In this document: positions 10,160 through 20,356 of the stretch, in pieces
How positions within the stretch are numbered: position 1 is the first letter of the stretch
Layout: each line of letters opens with the position of its first letter
Made by a program: the position numbers and the translations under genes
The notes under the pieces: model-generated
Seen by the model: the letters and a program-made list of their open reading frames with translations, nothing else
Told to the model about the DNA's origin: nothing
The model's database searches: none
Assembly (NCBI GenBank): GCA_963665095.1
Contig: OY762069.1
Location: forward strand, 4,064,001-4,128,000
DNA length: 64,000 nucleotides
Source of the DNA: an uncultured Desulfobacter sp.
GTDB taxonomy: Bacteria > Desulfobacterota > Desulfobacteria > Desulfobacterales > Desulfobacteraceae
Reading direction: 5' to 3'

Positions 10160-11761
10160 CTATACCGGTTCCGGGTCTGCCGCGGAAGAGTGCGGTGTAC
10201 CAAGGGCCGGGGCAGACTTAGAAACATGGATCAGATAATGTTCCGTGGTCAACTGTTCCTCCAGAGGAGGGTCCCCCAGCCAGCGACGGAGACGTTTCCA
10301 TGTGCCCACCTCAAGTGCCCCCCGGGGGGAACGCAGGCTTCCGTCACTCCCTGTCTCCCTGAACCTGAGCCGCCGGCTTTTCACATCAACACCCCTGCTT
10401 GAAAACAATGTCTGAACGCTGTCAATATGAAGTCCGTAACGGTCTGCATGCCGTGCAAAGTGGGTCCGGTCAAACAGGACAAAGGCACTGGCAGTGAAGC
10501 TGTGGACATGGGGGTATACCCCGATGAGGAACTCCAGGGTCTGGTCCAGGTCCTGATCCGTGGATGTGGGCAGTCCGAAAATCATGAGCGCAGTGCTGGC
10601 AATGCCCACGGCAGCCGCATCCTCAAGAACCTTTCGAATATCGGTAACATTTGTCCCTTTGTTAATGAGGTCAAGCAAGCGCTGGGAACCGGTTTCCACA
10701 CCCCAGCCGATCCACCGGCATCCGGCCGCAGCCCACAACGCCATCCGTTCCCGGGTACAGTCAGCCACCGGCCTGCCTAAAATGTGCAGGTTGACGCAGA
10801 GCCCTCTGGCCAGAATAACAGCGGCAATATCATCCATATCCTGTGCTGTAATAAATTCATCTGCCGAATAGAAATGGTGGACATGAAATTGACGGCACGC
10901 CTGTTCCATCTCAAGTACAAAGGCCTGTGCCGCTTTCTTCCGGTATCCGCCAAAGGAGAAGTTATGGGTGCAAAAACGACAGCGCCGCCAGGCACATCCC
11001 CGGGAAAAGAGTACGGGCAGGACCGGCACAGGGTTTAAATAGGCATCCAGGGGCAGCTGTGAAAAATCCGGCGCCGGCAGACCATCCAGGCAAAGGGATC
11101 TGGCCCTGGGATTGGCACGGATGGTGCCCTGGTCCCGGAAAACAAGGCCGGGCACCGATGCCAGGTCTTTTCCGGCACAAAGGGCGGCACAGGCCGCCTC
11201 CCCCTCCCCTTCAACCACCCCGTCAATTTCCGGCACGGCTTCCAGCAGCTCACGGATATTTAGTGCAGACATCATGGCCCCGCCCAGAACAATCCTGCAG
11301 CCGGAAGCCTGTCGCAACGCCCGGGCCAGGGCAGCAGCAAAGGGAACCTGCTCGGGAAAAAGAACGGAAATCCCCACAAGTTCAGGATCAAAATCCAGTA
11401 ACTGGCCGGTCAGGGCACCCAGAAAATTCAAAAACAGGGCATCTGCCTCCCCTGTGGACAGAAAGGTCTCGGCCTGATGCCCCATCTCCGCCATGCTTCT
11501 GCGAAGCTGATCCCACGTCTGTTTATGCGCCAGGGTCTGGTCAGCATTGAAGAACTCACCCTTTTTTCCTGAAAGAAACGCCATCAGGTCCATGCCCGAA
11601 GGGTGGACACTGGCCAGCCGCATCCAGGCGGCAAGGTTCAGGTCAGCCAGACGGACAGCCGTGCCGGGCACGGTTGCTTCCATATAGGGGGCCAGGGTTG
11701 CAATACCCAGAGGGACGTAGGTGGCACTGGCTCTGGGCGGGAAGGCAAGCACAACCCGCAT
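10160..11761 (-). CDS. B12-binding radical SAM protein
   Basis: PLGIATLA N-terminus, IVLGG, GEGE, SRGCAWRRCRFC, WGVETGS. Confidence 0.88.
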   Translation of the reverse strand: MRVVLAFPPRASATYVPLGIATLAPYMEATVPGTAVRLADLNLAAWMRLASVHPSGMDLMAFLSGKKGEFFNADQTLAHKQTWDQLRRSMAEMGHQAETFLSTGEADALFLNFLGALTGQLLDFDPELVGISVLFPEQVPFAAALARALRQASGCRIVLGGAMMSALNIRELLEAVPEIDGVVEGEGEAACAALCAGKDLASVPGLVFRDQGTIRANPRARSLCLDGLPAPDFSQLPLDAYLNPVPVLPVLFSRGCAWRRCRFCTHNFSFGGYRKKAAQAFVLEMEQACRQFHVHHFYSADEFITAQDMDDIAAVILARGLCVNLHILGRPVADCTRERMALWAAAGCRWIGWGVETGSQRLLDLINKGTNVTDIRKVLEDAAAVGIASTALMIFGLPTSTDQDLDQTLEFLIGVYPHVHSFTASAFVLFDRTHFARHADRYGLHIDSVQTLFSSRGVDVKSRRLRFRETGSDGSLRSPRGALEVGTWKRLRRWLGDPPLEEQLTTEHYLIHVSKSAPALGTPHSSAADPEPV

Positions 11762-11871
11762 GATGCGTATCTCCTGTTATTCCGGTTCATTAAGCCCTGA
11801 ACATCGGGGCGATATCATTTAGCACCATTTATACTAAGTTTCAAGTCCAATTCAATTTATGCAATTTCTGG

Positions 11872-12696
11872 TTATGCCATGCCACCCCCCTCCCATATGG
11901 CATAAAAATGGTGGACCGGGCCATGCCCGCTGCCGGTCTGATAAACAGCGCCGGCCTTAAGCGCATCGGTAATATAATCTTTTGCCTGATCAACCGCGGA
12001 TCTTAAATCAAGCCCCCGGGCAAGCCCCGCGGCAATGGCCGATGACAGGGTGCAGCCGGTACCATGACTGTTAGGGGTATCCACCCGGACGGCCGGGTAC
12101 TCCCTGATCATGCCTGAACCCGGCTCATAGAGCAGATCCACACTCTGCCCGGCGGATAAATGCCCGCCTTTTACCAGCACATTACCAGCCCCCAGGGCGG
12201 CCAGATCTCTGGCGGCTGCTGCCATTTTTTCCAGGGTATCTATTTCCCGGCCCAGAAGCGCGGACGCCTCTGGCAGATTCGGGGAGATCACTGTGGCCAG
12301 GGGCAACAACCGCTCTTTCAAGGCAGCCACAGCGTCATCCCGGAGCAGTTTGTCCCCGGATTTTGAGACCATGACCGGGTCCAGCACCACATTGGGGCAA
12401 TGCCACTGTTCCAGCCGGTCTGCCACGGCCTCAATGACCTGTGGGGAGTGGAGCATCCCGATTTTCACAGCATCTGTGCCAATATCCGCCATAACCGCAT
12501 CAATCTGTGCCCCGATAAACTCCGGTGCCACAGGAAAAATCCCTGTAACCTCCCTGGTGTTCTGGGCCGTAAGTGCCGTAACCGCAGACATGCCAAATAC
12601 CCCCAAGGCGCTGAAGGTTTTCAGATCGGCCTGGATCCCGGCGCCGCCGCCGCTGTCCGAACCTGCAATGGTGAGTGCGCGAAAATATGTTTTCAA
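11872..12696 (-). CDS. thiD: Hydroxymethylpyrimidine/phosphomethylpyrimidine kinase
   Basis: [37 protein letters not shown]. Confidence 0.96.
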   Translation of the reverse strand: MKTYFRALTIAGSDSGGGAGIQADLKTFSALGVFGMSAVTALTAQNTREVTGIFPVAPEFIGAQIDAVMADIGTDAVKIGMLHSPQVIEAVADRLEQWHCPNVVLDPVMVSKSGDKLLRDDAVAALKERLLPLATVISPNLPEASALLGREIDTLEKMAAAARDLAALGAGNVLVKGGHLSAGQSVDLLYEPGSGMIREYPAVRVDTPNSHGTGCTLSSAIAAGLARGLDLRSAVDQAKDYITDALKAGAVYQTGSGHGPVHHFYAIWEGGGMA

Positions 12697-12708
12697 GGCA
12701 TCCTCCTT

Positions 12709-13647
12709 TTATTCCCAGGTATAAATAAGCTTAGCGGCATCCACCCGATGCTCGATCAATTTGTATTTCAAAGCAAAATCGGCAAAAGCCTGCCACTTTG
12801 CCGGATCATTGGCCTGCCCTGGCTCGGCATAATATGCACAAGTCAGTGAGAATGCCTTTGTCTCCGTCTCCCTGTCCACATCGGGCAGGGCATTCAGGTA
12901 GATGGCCAGGGCTTTGTCCGGATCTTTTCTGATATCAGCCAGGGCCCTGTGAATGGCGACAACAAAACCACGGACCGCCTCTTTTTTCTTTTCAAGGGCA
13001 GTCGGACCGGCCACAAAAATCAGCTCTTCATAGTCCGGGATGCCAAACTTTTCCAGCTCAAAAAACCGGGGTTCCACCCCATGCTGACGCATGGTCACGG
13101 TTTCATAGGTCTTGAACGGCCCCATGACAGCACTTACCTGCTTTGAGGCCAGTGCCGGCAGGATGGTGAAGCCCACATTCACCGGTGTATACGCTTTTAT
13201 CCCGTTAATATCGGCAAAGCCTTTGAGCAGCACGTCCATCAGTCCCGGTACCGTGTAGCCGATTTTTCTGCCGGACAGATCCGAGGGCTTTTTAATGGAT
13301 TCATCCACAAAAAGCAGGGTGGTCAGCGGCTGCACCACCAGGGGAGCCACGGCCCGGATGTCAAGGCCCTGGTCTTTTGCAATAATGGTCTGGGGCTGAT
13401 AGGATACAGCCAGGTCAATTTTTCCCGCCGCAACAAGCTTCAGTGCATCAGATGTTTCTGACGGCACAATGATCTCAAGATCCACGCCCTGGTCGGCAAA
13501 GTATCCTGATGCCCTGGCCAGGTAGACAGGCAGATGATCTACATTGGGGAACCAGTCCAGCATCAGGGTCAGCTTCTGGGCACCTGCTGCAGGGGCGGCC
13601 AGCGCCATGGCCGCCAGAATTAACACAGTGATGATTTTTTTCTTCAT
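12709..13647 (-). CDS. thiY: NMT1/THI5-like ABC substrate-binding protein (ThiY-like)
   Basis: Signal peptide, [17 protein letters not shown]; lies under a TPP riboswitch. Confidence 0.85.
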   Translation of the reverse strand: MKKKIITVLILAAMALAAPAAGAQKLTLMLDWFPNVDHLPVYLARASGYFADQGVDLEIIVPSETSDALKLVAAGKIDLAVSYQPQTIIAKDQGLDIRAVAPLVVQPLTTLLFVDESIKKPSDLSGRKIGYTVPGLMDVLLKGFADINGIKAYTPVNVGFTILPALASKQVSAVMGPFKTYETVTMRQHGVEPRFFELEKFGIPDYEELIFVAGPTALEKKKEAVRGFVVAIHRALADIRKDPDKALAIYLNALPDVDRETETKAFSLTCAYYAEPGQANDPAKWQAFADFALKYKLIEHRVDAAKLIYTWE

Positions 13648-13660
13648 AGTCTTCTTTCCT

Positions 13661-14416
13661 TTACTTTACAGATTTCCATGTAACCATACGTTTTTCCAAT
13701 ATGTGAACCAGCCCCCACAACCCCACCCCCATGACGGTCAACCAGAGGATACAGGCAAAGACCAGTTCCGTTTTCAGCCTGGCATTGGACTGAATCATCA
13801 GGTACCCCAGGCCCTTTTGGGCGCCCACCCACTCGCCGATCACCGCCCCGATGGTGGCCACGGACACCCCGACCCTGAGCCCTGAAAAAAACTGGGGCAG
13901 GGCCCAGGGCCAGTATAGCAGGCGCAGTTTCAGCCGGAAGCCGGCACCCATGAGGGTGAACAGCCGGCGGTAATCCGGGTCGCAGCTCTTCAGGCCGGAC
14001 AACAGACTGACCGTGATGGGGAAAAAAATGATCACCCAGGCCATAAACACCTTGGACCAGATCCCGTAGCCCAGCCAGATCACCAGCAGCGGGGCCAGGG
14101 CAAATACCGGGATGGCCTGGGAGGCCACCAAAATAGGTGCCAGCCCCTTTTCAACACCTGGCATGGCAAACATGAGCACAGCCAGGGGGATGGATGTGAC
14201 AAGGGCCAGCCCAATGCCAAGCACGATTTCCAGTGCCGTGGCAAGGGCATGGGGCCAGATCAGGCCTGCGTTCATCACAGCACACCGGAAAACCGCAGAT
14301 GGCGGGGGCAGAATAAACCCGGGAATCTGCCAAAGATGCACCCCAATTTCCCATATTCCCAAAAACCCAAAACAAAGAACCGTCGGCATGACCAGCCCGG
14401 AAATCTTTATACCCAT
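13661..14416 (-). CDS. thiX: ABC permease (ThiX-like)
   Basis: SQAIPVFALAP, IGAVIGEWVGAQKGLGY; multiple TM segments. Confidence 0.85.
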   Translation of the reverse strand: MGIKISGLVMPTVLCFGFLGIWEIGVHLWQIPGFILPPPSAVFRCAVMNAGLIWPHALATALEIVLGIGLALVTSIPLAVLMFAMPGVEKGLAPILVASQAIPVFALAPLLVIWLGYGIWSKVFMAWVIIFFPITVSLLSGLKSCDPDYRRLFTLMGAGFRLKLRLLYWPWALPQFFSGLRVGVSVATIGAVIGEWVGAQKGLGYLMIQSNARLKTELVFACILWLTVMGVGLWGLVHILEKRMVTWKSVK

Positions 14417-15159
14417 GGCAGCACCCGTTGATCCCGCAGCCAGGCAAGGATCTCCAGTTTCATCTGCGAAAACTTCGCAGACCTGAAATCCCGGGGTTTG
14501 GCAGACTCAGGCACAAAGGTCTGAACAATGCTCATGGGGCATGGGCTTAAAACACAGATCTCATCGCCAAGGCACAGGGCCTCGTCAATATCATGGGTAA
14601 TCATGAGAACGGTTTTGTTAAAATCTTTCTGGAGCATGAGCAGCAATCCCTGGAGGGCCTGCCGGGTGATGGCGTCCAGGGCGGACAGCGGCTCATCCAG
14701 CAGCACCAGATCCCGGTCAAACATCAGGGTACGCACCAGGGCGCAGCGCTGGCGCATACCGCCGGAGACCTGGGCGGGGTAATAGGTTTCAAACCCTTTC
14801 AGGCCCATACGGGCAAACAGCTCCCCGGCCCTGGGCGCTGCGATTTTTATCCCGCCGGCAGGACCGGCGGCCCGCACCGGCAGAAGGGCATTTTCCATCA
14901 GGGTCAGCCAGGGCAGCAGCATGTCCTTTTGCTGCATATAGGCGGCATGGGTGCCAAGGTGATCCACAGGGATGCCGTTCCAGGTGATCTGCCCCTGATC
15001 CGGGGGCATCATGCCGGTCAGGCAGTCAAAGAGTGTGGATTTCCCGCAACCGGACGGTCCCACCAGGACGGTAAACCCGCCCGGAGCCAGCGTCAGGCTG
15101 AAATCCTTAAAAATTGTCTGTGAACCCAGTGTCCTGGCAAGGCCAGTAAGCGCAAGCAT
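14407..15159 (-). CDS. thiZ: ABC ATP-binding protein (ThiZ-like)
   Basis: GPSGCGKST, VSGGMRQR, LLDEP. Confidence 0.85.
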   Translation of the reverse strand: MLALTGLARTLGSQTIFKDFSLTLAPGGFTVLVGPSGCGKSTLFDCLTGMMPPDQGQITWNGIPVDHLGTHAAYMQQKDMLLPWLTLMENALLPVRAAGPAGGIKIAAPRAGELFARMGLKGFETYYPAQVSGGMRQRCALVRTLMFDRDLVLLDEPLSALDAITRQALQGLLLMLQKDFNKTVLMITHDIDEALCLGDEICVLSPCPMSIVQTFVPESAKPRDFRSAKFSQMKLEILAWLRDQRVLPWV

Positions 15160-15219
15160 CTCATGTTTCCAACGTTAAATTGATACCGGCAGAGCCATAG
15201 GTGGGATGGGGGGACGGAC

Positions 15220-15317
15220 GGGCTTTCCTTCGCCGGTATGATCCGGATCAGGTTCCAGGGGTCGAAACAGGGAATTGTTGTTTCCTCTCAGCCGAATACC
15301 TTCGGCTCCCCCAGCCT
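15220..15317 (-). ncRNA. TPP riboswitch
   Basis: Minus strand reads GGGGAGCC..GGCTGAGAG..GACCC..GAACCTGATCCGGATCATACCGGCGAAGGAAAGCC, the canonical THI-box elements, upstream of a thiamine salvage operon. Confidence 0.95.
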
Positions 15318-15481
15318 TCCATTGACAATGCAACTGCGCAGGACTTTAGCACCGGGATCAGCCGGAGTCAAACCCTGATTCATTTAAAGGGTATTTACCA
15401 ATATCAGCTGCCGTGGTAAAAATAAGACATTAAAAATACCGTTCACCTCTTTTATTCACCAATCAGTTTAGGGCAACGTCA

Positions 15482-17992
15482 ATGTCAGATAAAAATGAGA
15501 CCGCATCCGGCCGGCTGGGTACATTTGCCGGGGTTTTCACGCCAAGTATTCTTACCATTTTAGGGATCATTCTTTTCCTGCGTTTAGGCTATGTGGTGGG
15601 CGCCGCAGGCCTTGGGAAAGCCCTGATTATCATTGCGGTTGCCAATCTGATTTCCGTTCTGACCAGTATGTCTCTGGCGGCCATTGCCACCAATATGAGG
15701 GTTGGTGGTGGCGGTGTCTATTACCTGATTTCCAGAACCCTTGGCATCGAGTTCGGCGGGGCCATAGGTATTGTGCTGTTTTTAGCCCAGTCTGTCTCCA
15801 TTGCCTTTTACTGTATTGGTTTTGGTGAAGCCCTGGCCGCCATCCTGGGCCTGACCGGCCATTTTACGGTGCAGATCATTGCAGGTGCGGCCCTGCTGTT
15901 TCTTTTCCTGCTGGCATGGATCGGCGCAGACCTGGCCACCAAGTTCCAGTATGTGGTCATGGTATTTCTGGCCCTGGCCCTTATATCCTTTTACATTGGC
16001 GGCATCCGGCAGTGGGATACCGGGCTTCTGGTGGAAAACTGGATTGCCAACGAAAGCACAGCCCCCTTCTGGGTTCTTTTTGCCCTGTTTTTTCCGGCGG
16101 TGACCGGGTTTACTCAAGGCGTCAGCATGTCCGGTGATCTTAAGGATCCCAGTAAAAGCATGACCACAGGTACCTTTGCTGCGGTTTTTCTCTCTATCCT
16201 GGTCTATTTTTCTGTGGCTGTGGTGTTTGCCGGTTCCACGCCCTTGAAAACCCTTGTCAGTGACTACGGGGCCATGAAACAAATTTCCATGTATGCCTGG
16301 CTGATCAATGCCGGCGTTATTTCCGCCACCCTGTCTTCAGCCATGGCCTCGTTTCTTGGTGCGCCCAGAATTTTACAGTCCCTGGCCGCGGACAGGATCA
16401 TTCCGTTTCTGAACCCGTTTGCAAAGGGGCATGGTCCGTCCGGCAATCCCCGCCGGGGGGTGCTGCTCTCCTTCGGGATATCTGTTGCAACCGTTTTCAT
16501 GGGCCAGCTTGACCTGATTGCAGGGGTGGTCTCCATGTTTTTTCTGATCTCCTACGGCCTGCTTAATTATGCCACCTATTATGAGGCCTCTGCCGAGACC
16601 CCGTCTTTCAGGCCCAGGTTCAAGTGGTACAGCAAAAAAATCAGCCTTGCGGGTGCATTGATCTGCCTGGCCGTCATGCTCATCATTGATTTCAGAACCG
16701 GCATTGCTGCAGTGGCCATCCTGCTTGCCATTTTCCAGTATCTCAAACGGATTTCCACCCCGGCAAGGTGGGCGGACAGCCGGCGCTCCTATTATCTTAA
16801 ACTGGTCAGGAACAACCTGATGGGTGCCAGCAAGGTGCCGGAACACCCCAGAGACTGGCGGCCTTACGTCCTTGCCTTGTCCAATGATGAAAAAGAGATG
16901 AAGCAGCTTTTGAATTTCTCCTCCCTGATCGAAGGGAAAAGCGGCATGACAACAGCTGTACGGATTCTCCAGGCACGGGGATACCGGGCACTAAAGCTCA
17001 AGGAAGAGGCCCAAAAGGATCTTTCACGGATTATATCCGAGCAGGAGAGTTCGGCATTTTCCCTGGTGCTGGCGGCAGAATATGTGGCCAACGGCCTGTC
17101 TGTGCTGTGCCAGTCCTTTGGTATCGGCCCGGTGAAAGCCAACACCGTACTCATGAGCTGGAGCGAACAGTATATTCAAGAAAATGATCCTGTCCAGTTT
17201 CACAACTATAAAGATTTGATACGGCTGGCTGTCCAGTCCGGGTGCAATATTATTCTGCTGGATGATAAAAACCAGGACCGGCCCGAAGAGAGCCATGGCA
17301 AAGCCCGGACCATAGATGTATGGTGGAAAGCCGATGACACCAGCCGGCTCATGCTGCTGCTGGCCTATCTCATCACCCGTGCCGGCCATTGGGAAGGCGC
17401 CTGTATCAGGCTTCTGGCCTGTTATCTGGACCGGGATAACAAAGAGATCATGGAAATGCTCACCCACACCCTGGATGAAATACGGATCACGGCAGAGCCT
17501 AAAATTGTCCTTGGCCTGAATGAAAAGGTCTTTTTAAATACCTCCGGAGAGACCGATCTGGTATTCATCCCGGTCTCCCTGAAAAAAGATGACCAGGTGA
17601 TGTTTGGGGATCTTTCGCTTGAGCAGATCCTGCCGAACCTGAAATCCGTGGCCATGGTCATGGCGGCCCAGAAAATCGATTTGGATTCAGCCCCGGAAGA
17701 GGGCCGGGCCGGAGAACTTGCCCACCTGTTTGACGAACTGAAACATGCGGAAAAACGGGTGGCAGTGGCAGAAAAACGCGCGTTTCAGGCTGCAAAATCA
17801 GCCACAGAATTCCTGGAAGATTCCCAGGAGATGAACCTGAGCGATCCCAACCTGTTAAAACACCTTAAAGAGACCCTGGCATTGCGGGAAAAATCCGATG
17901 ATGCCAATAAAAAGGTGCTCAGGGAACGGGCCAAACTCATGGAGATCTCCCAGCGGGCAAAGGATGAGGGAATTGCTGTGGACAATGAATGA
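15482..17992 (+). CDS. Cation-chloride cotransporter (SLC12-like) APC-superfamily permease
   Basis: GVFTPSILTILGIILFLRLG, GGVYYLISRTLGIEFGGAIG, FFPAVTG, PSFRPRF and HPRDWRP motifs; large cytoplasmic C-terminal domain. Confidence 0.88.
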   Translation: MSDKNETASGRLGTFAGVFTPSILTILGIILFLRLGYVVGAAGLGKALIIIAVANLISVLTSMSLAAIATNMRVGGGGVYYLISRTLGIEFGGAIGIVLFLAQSVSIAFYCIGFGEALAAILGLTGHFTVQIIAGAALLFLFLLAWIGADLATKFQYVVMVFLALALISFYIGGIRQWDTGLLVENWIANESTAPFWVLFALFFPAVTGFTQGVSMSGDLKDPSKSMTTGTFAAVFLSILVYFSVAVVFAGSTPLKTLVSDYGAMKQISMYAWLINAGVISATLSSAMASFLGAPRILQSLAADRIIPFLNPFAKGHGPSGNPRRGVLLSFGISVATVFMGQLDLIAGVVSMFFLISYGLLNYATYYEASAETPSFRPRFKWYSKKISLAGALICLAVMLIIDFRTGIAAVAILLAIFQYLKRISTPARWADSRRSYYLKLVRNNLMGASKVPEHPRDWRPYVLALSNDEKEMKQLLNFSSLIEGKSGMTTAVRILQARGYRALKLKEEAQKDLSRIISEQESSAFSLVLAAEYVANGLSVLCQSFGIGPVKANTVLMSWSEQYIQENDPVQFHNYKDLIRLAVQSGCNIILLDDKNQDRPEESHGKARTIDVWWKADDTSRLMLLLAYLITRAGHWEGACIRLLACYLDRDNKEIMEMLTHTLDEIRITAEPKIVLGLNEKVFLNTSGETDLVFIPVSLKKDDQVMFGDLSLEQILPNLKSVAMVMAAQKIDLDSAPEEGRAGELAHLFDELKHAEKRVAVAEKRAFQAAKSATEFLEDSQEMNLSDPNLLKHLKETLALREKSDDANKKVLRERAKLMEISQRAKDEGIAVDNE

Positions 17993-18035
17993 CGCCCGTC
18001 CCATTTTCGATTTCAAGGAAAACGATTAGAAAAAA

Positions 18036-18578
18036 TCAGGCTTTAAATATATTGTGAAAGTTATCCCACAGGCCCTTGGTTTTTAAAAAATCCTCGTAGC
18101 CCTGAATTTGTTTTTTGGCAGCCACCAGATCGTCATTGGCCTCATCCATCCGGTGGATGGCGATGCGTTTTAACTCCCGGTGGAATTTGTCCCTGCTGGC
18201 CTGATCCAGCCGGTCCAGAACGGATAAATCCAGTCCGACAACCAGAACCCGGGTCAGTGCCGTCAATGTGGCCGAGCGCGGATTATTATTAATGGGGCCC
18301 ATCTCTCCGAAAAGTGTCCCTTTTTTATCCAGCACCTTTAAATTCACCCCGCTTTTTGACAGTTGAATACTGCCCTCCAGCAGCCAGAACATCCAGGCAT
18401 CGAACTGTTTTTCCATGATCAGTGCCTGGCCCGGATCATACCGCATTAAAAAAGAGCAGCCCGACGCACTGAATATGGCACGGACCATATCTTCAGGTAA
18501 TATTTTCAACACAGGAAATCTCATCAGTGACGACAGAGATTTTCGTACATCAATAGCTTGTAACCGTTTTCCAGCCAT
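18036..18578 (-). CDS. Cyclic nucleotide-binding domain protein
   Basis: LFGEMG..PRSAT phosphate-binding cassette; no HTH seen. Confidence 0.8.
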   Translation of the reverse strand: MAGKRLQAIDVRKSLSSLMRFPVLKILPEDMVRAIFSASGCSFLMRYDPGQALIMEKQFDAWMFWLLEGSIQLSKSGVNLKVLDKKGTLFGEMGPINNNPRSATLTALTRVLVVGLDLSVLDRLDQASRDKFHRELKRIAIHRMDEANDDLVAAKKQIQGYEDFLKTKGLWDNFHNIFKA

Positions 18579-18857
18579 GCTGGTCCTCCATTCTCATAAT
18601 CCGCCATATTGCGCGACAGCAATAATCTGACGAAGGGATCTGTCTGTCTGAGCTAACAGTATTTTGGCGATCAATAAGGAATTAGGATCATCCTGGATGT
18701 GACCCTTGCACAATATGATAAAATTTAATTTCCTGATAATTTAAAATAACAGCAGGTAATAAGCAATAGAAATTTAAGCATATCATTTCAATATATGGCA
18801 CGACTGCACAAGGCAGCCAAATATCAGAAAGTCAAACCTGACCCCGTGTATTAAAAA

Positions 18858-18886
18858 TATACTCAAGTATAAATTTTAATTTGACT
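18858..18886 (+). promoter_or_regulatory. Palindromic operator candidate next to a -35-like element
   Basis: TATACT-CA-AGTATA (18858-18871) followed by TTGACT (18881-18886), upstream of a cluster that ends in a TetR gene. Confidence 0.4.
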
Positions 18887-18954
18887 TCAAAAATATATTT
18901 TCATATGAGTGTACAGGCGAATTAACTTAAATCTTGAAATTATGGAGGATTGTT

Positions 18955-20340
18955 TTGGAACAAAGTTTTGCCCCCTATATCGGAAGCTTTCTCTGGATGT
19001 CGGTTCTGCTGCTCATCGGTACGATCCTGCGCGCCAGGATCTCTTTCTTTCAGAAATTTCTCTTCCCCTCTGCCATTATTGCAGGACTCCTCGGCTTTGT
19101 TCTCATGAGCCTTGGGTGGGTGGGGCTGCCCATTAACCAGCAGTGGACTCCCATTCCCCACAGCACCTTCACCATGGTCACAACCCACTTGTTTGCCTTC
19201 GGATTCGTGGGCATAGGCCTCATGTCCGGGGACCAGGGGCAGCAGGGCAAAGGCGGCCAGATTCTCAAGGGATCCATCTGGATGACCCTGCTGTTTCTGG
19301 GTATGCTCTTTCTGCAGTCCACCTTTGGTGTCGGCGTCATGCTGGGCTGGGAAAAACTCACCGGCCAGGGACTGACAACAGGCGTGGGCTTCCTTGCCGG
19401 TCACGGATTTACCCAGGGCCCGGGCCAGACCCTGGCCATTGCGGCGGGATGGGAAAAGATGGGCCAGGCAGACGCAGTCTCCATCGGCTTAGCCTTTGCC
19501 GCTGTGGGATTTTTCGTCGCAGCCCTGGTGGGGGTGCCCATTGCCAACTGGGGTATCCGCAAAGGATTTGCCACCCATTCAACCCAGGAGCTGTCCGATG
19601 ATTTTCTCAAAGGCATTGAACTTCCCGGGAAGCAGAGCGTGGGAACGATGAATATCACCCATAACTCCAACGTGGATTCCGTCTCCTTTCACCTGGCCCT
19701 CATGGGCCTGGTCTATGCCCTGGGGTTTGGCATCAGCTATGTTCTGCTTCACTACCTTCTGCCCAAATCCCTTTCAGGGCTTGCCTTTGGCTTTTTGTTT
19801 GCCTGGGGGCTTTGCGCTGCCATGGCCTTTAGAAAGGTCCTCAATGCCTTTGGCGGGAATTCTCTGATTGATGAAAATACCCTTCGACGGCTGACCGGGG
19901 TCACTGTGGACTATATGGTCATCTCCGTCATGATGGCGGTCCAGGTCTCTGCCCTGAAAAACTATCTGATACCCTTTCTCATCATTGTTGTGGCCTTGAG
20001 CATTATTACGCCGGCCATCATTATCTTTGCCGGCCGCAGGGTAGGGTCCATGGGGTTTGAAAGAAGCCTGGTCATGCTGGGGTACTGCACAGGAACCGGA
20101 GCCAGCGGGCTTTTACTGCTTCGTCTGGTGGACCCGGAGTTCAAGACCACAGCAGCCGTGGAAACAGGCGTGATGAATCTGTTTGCCATGCTTACCATTC
20201 CTTTGACTTTCTTTGTCTTTATGATGCCGAAATTTGGTTTATATAACCTGCTGCTCCTGGAATTCGCCACTGCCGTGACCATGTTCCTGGCCATGTTCCT
20301 GCTGCATAAACTTAAATATTTCGGACCCAAACAGTACTAA
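18955..20340 (+). CDS. Sodium/glutamate symporter (GltS/ESS) family transporter
   Basis: FPSAIIAG, GFTQGPGQ, GYCTGTGASGLLLLRLVDP; GGAGG precedes TTG 18955. Confidence 0.8.
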   Translation: MEQSFAPYIGSFLWMSVLLLIGTILRARISFFQKFLFPSAIIAGLLGFVLMSLGWVGLPINQQWTPIPHSTFTMVTTHLFAFGFVGIGLMSGDQGQQGKGGQILKGSIWMTLLFLGMLFLQSTFGVGVMLGWEKLTGQGLTTGVGFLAGHGFTQGPGQTLAIAAGWEKMGQADAVSIGLAFAAVGFFVAALVGVPIANWGIRKGFATHSTQELSDDFLKGIELPGKQSVGTMNITHNSNVDSVSFHLALMGLVYALGFGISYVLLHYLLPKSLSGLAFGFLFAWGLCAAMAFRKVLNAFGGNSLIDENTLRRLTGVTVDYMVISVMMAVQVSALKNYLIPFLIIVVALSIITPAIIIFAGRRVGSMGFERSLVMLGYCTGTGASGLLLLRLVDPEFKTTAAVETGVMNLFAMLTIPLTFFVFMMPKFGLYNLLLLEFATAVTMFLAMFLLHKLKYFGPKQY

Positions 20341-20356
20341 CACATATAGGGGGACT

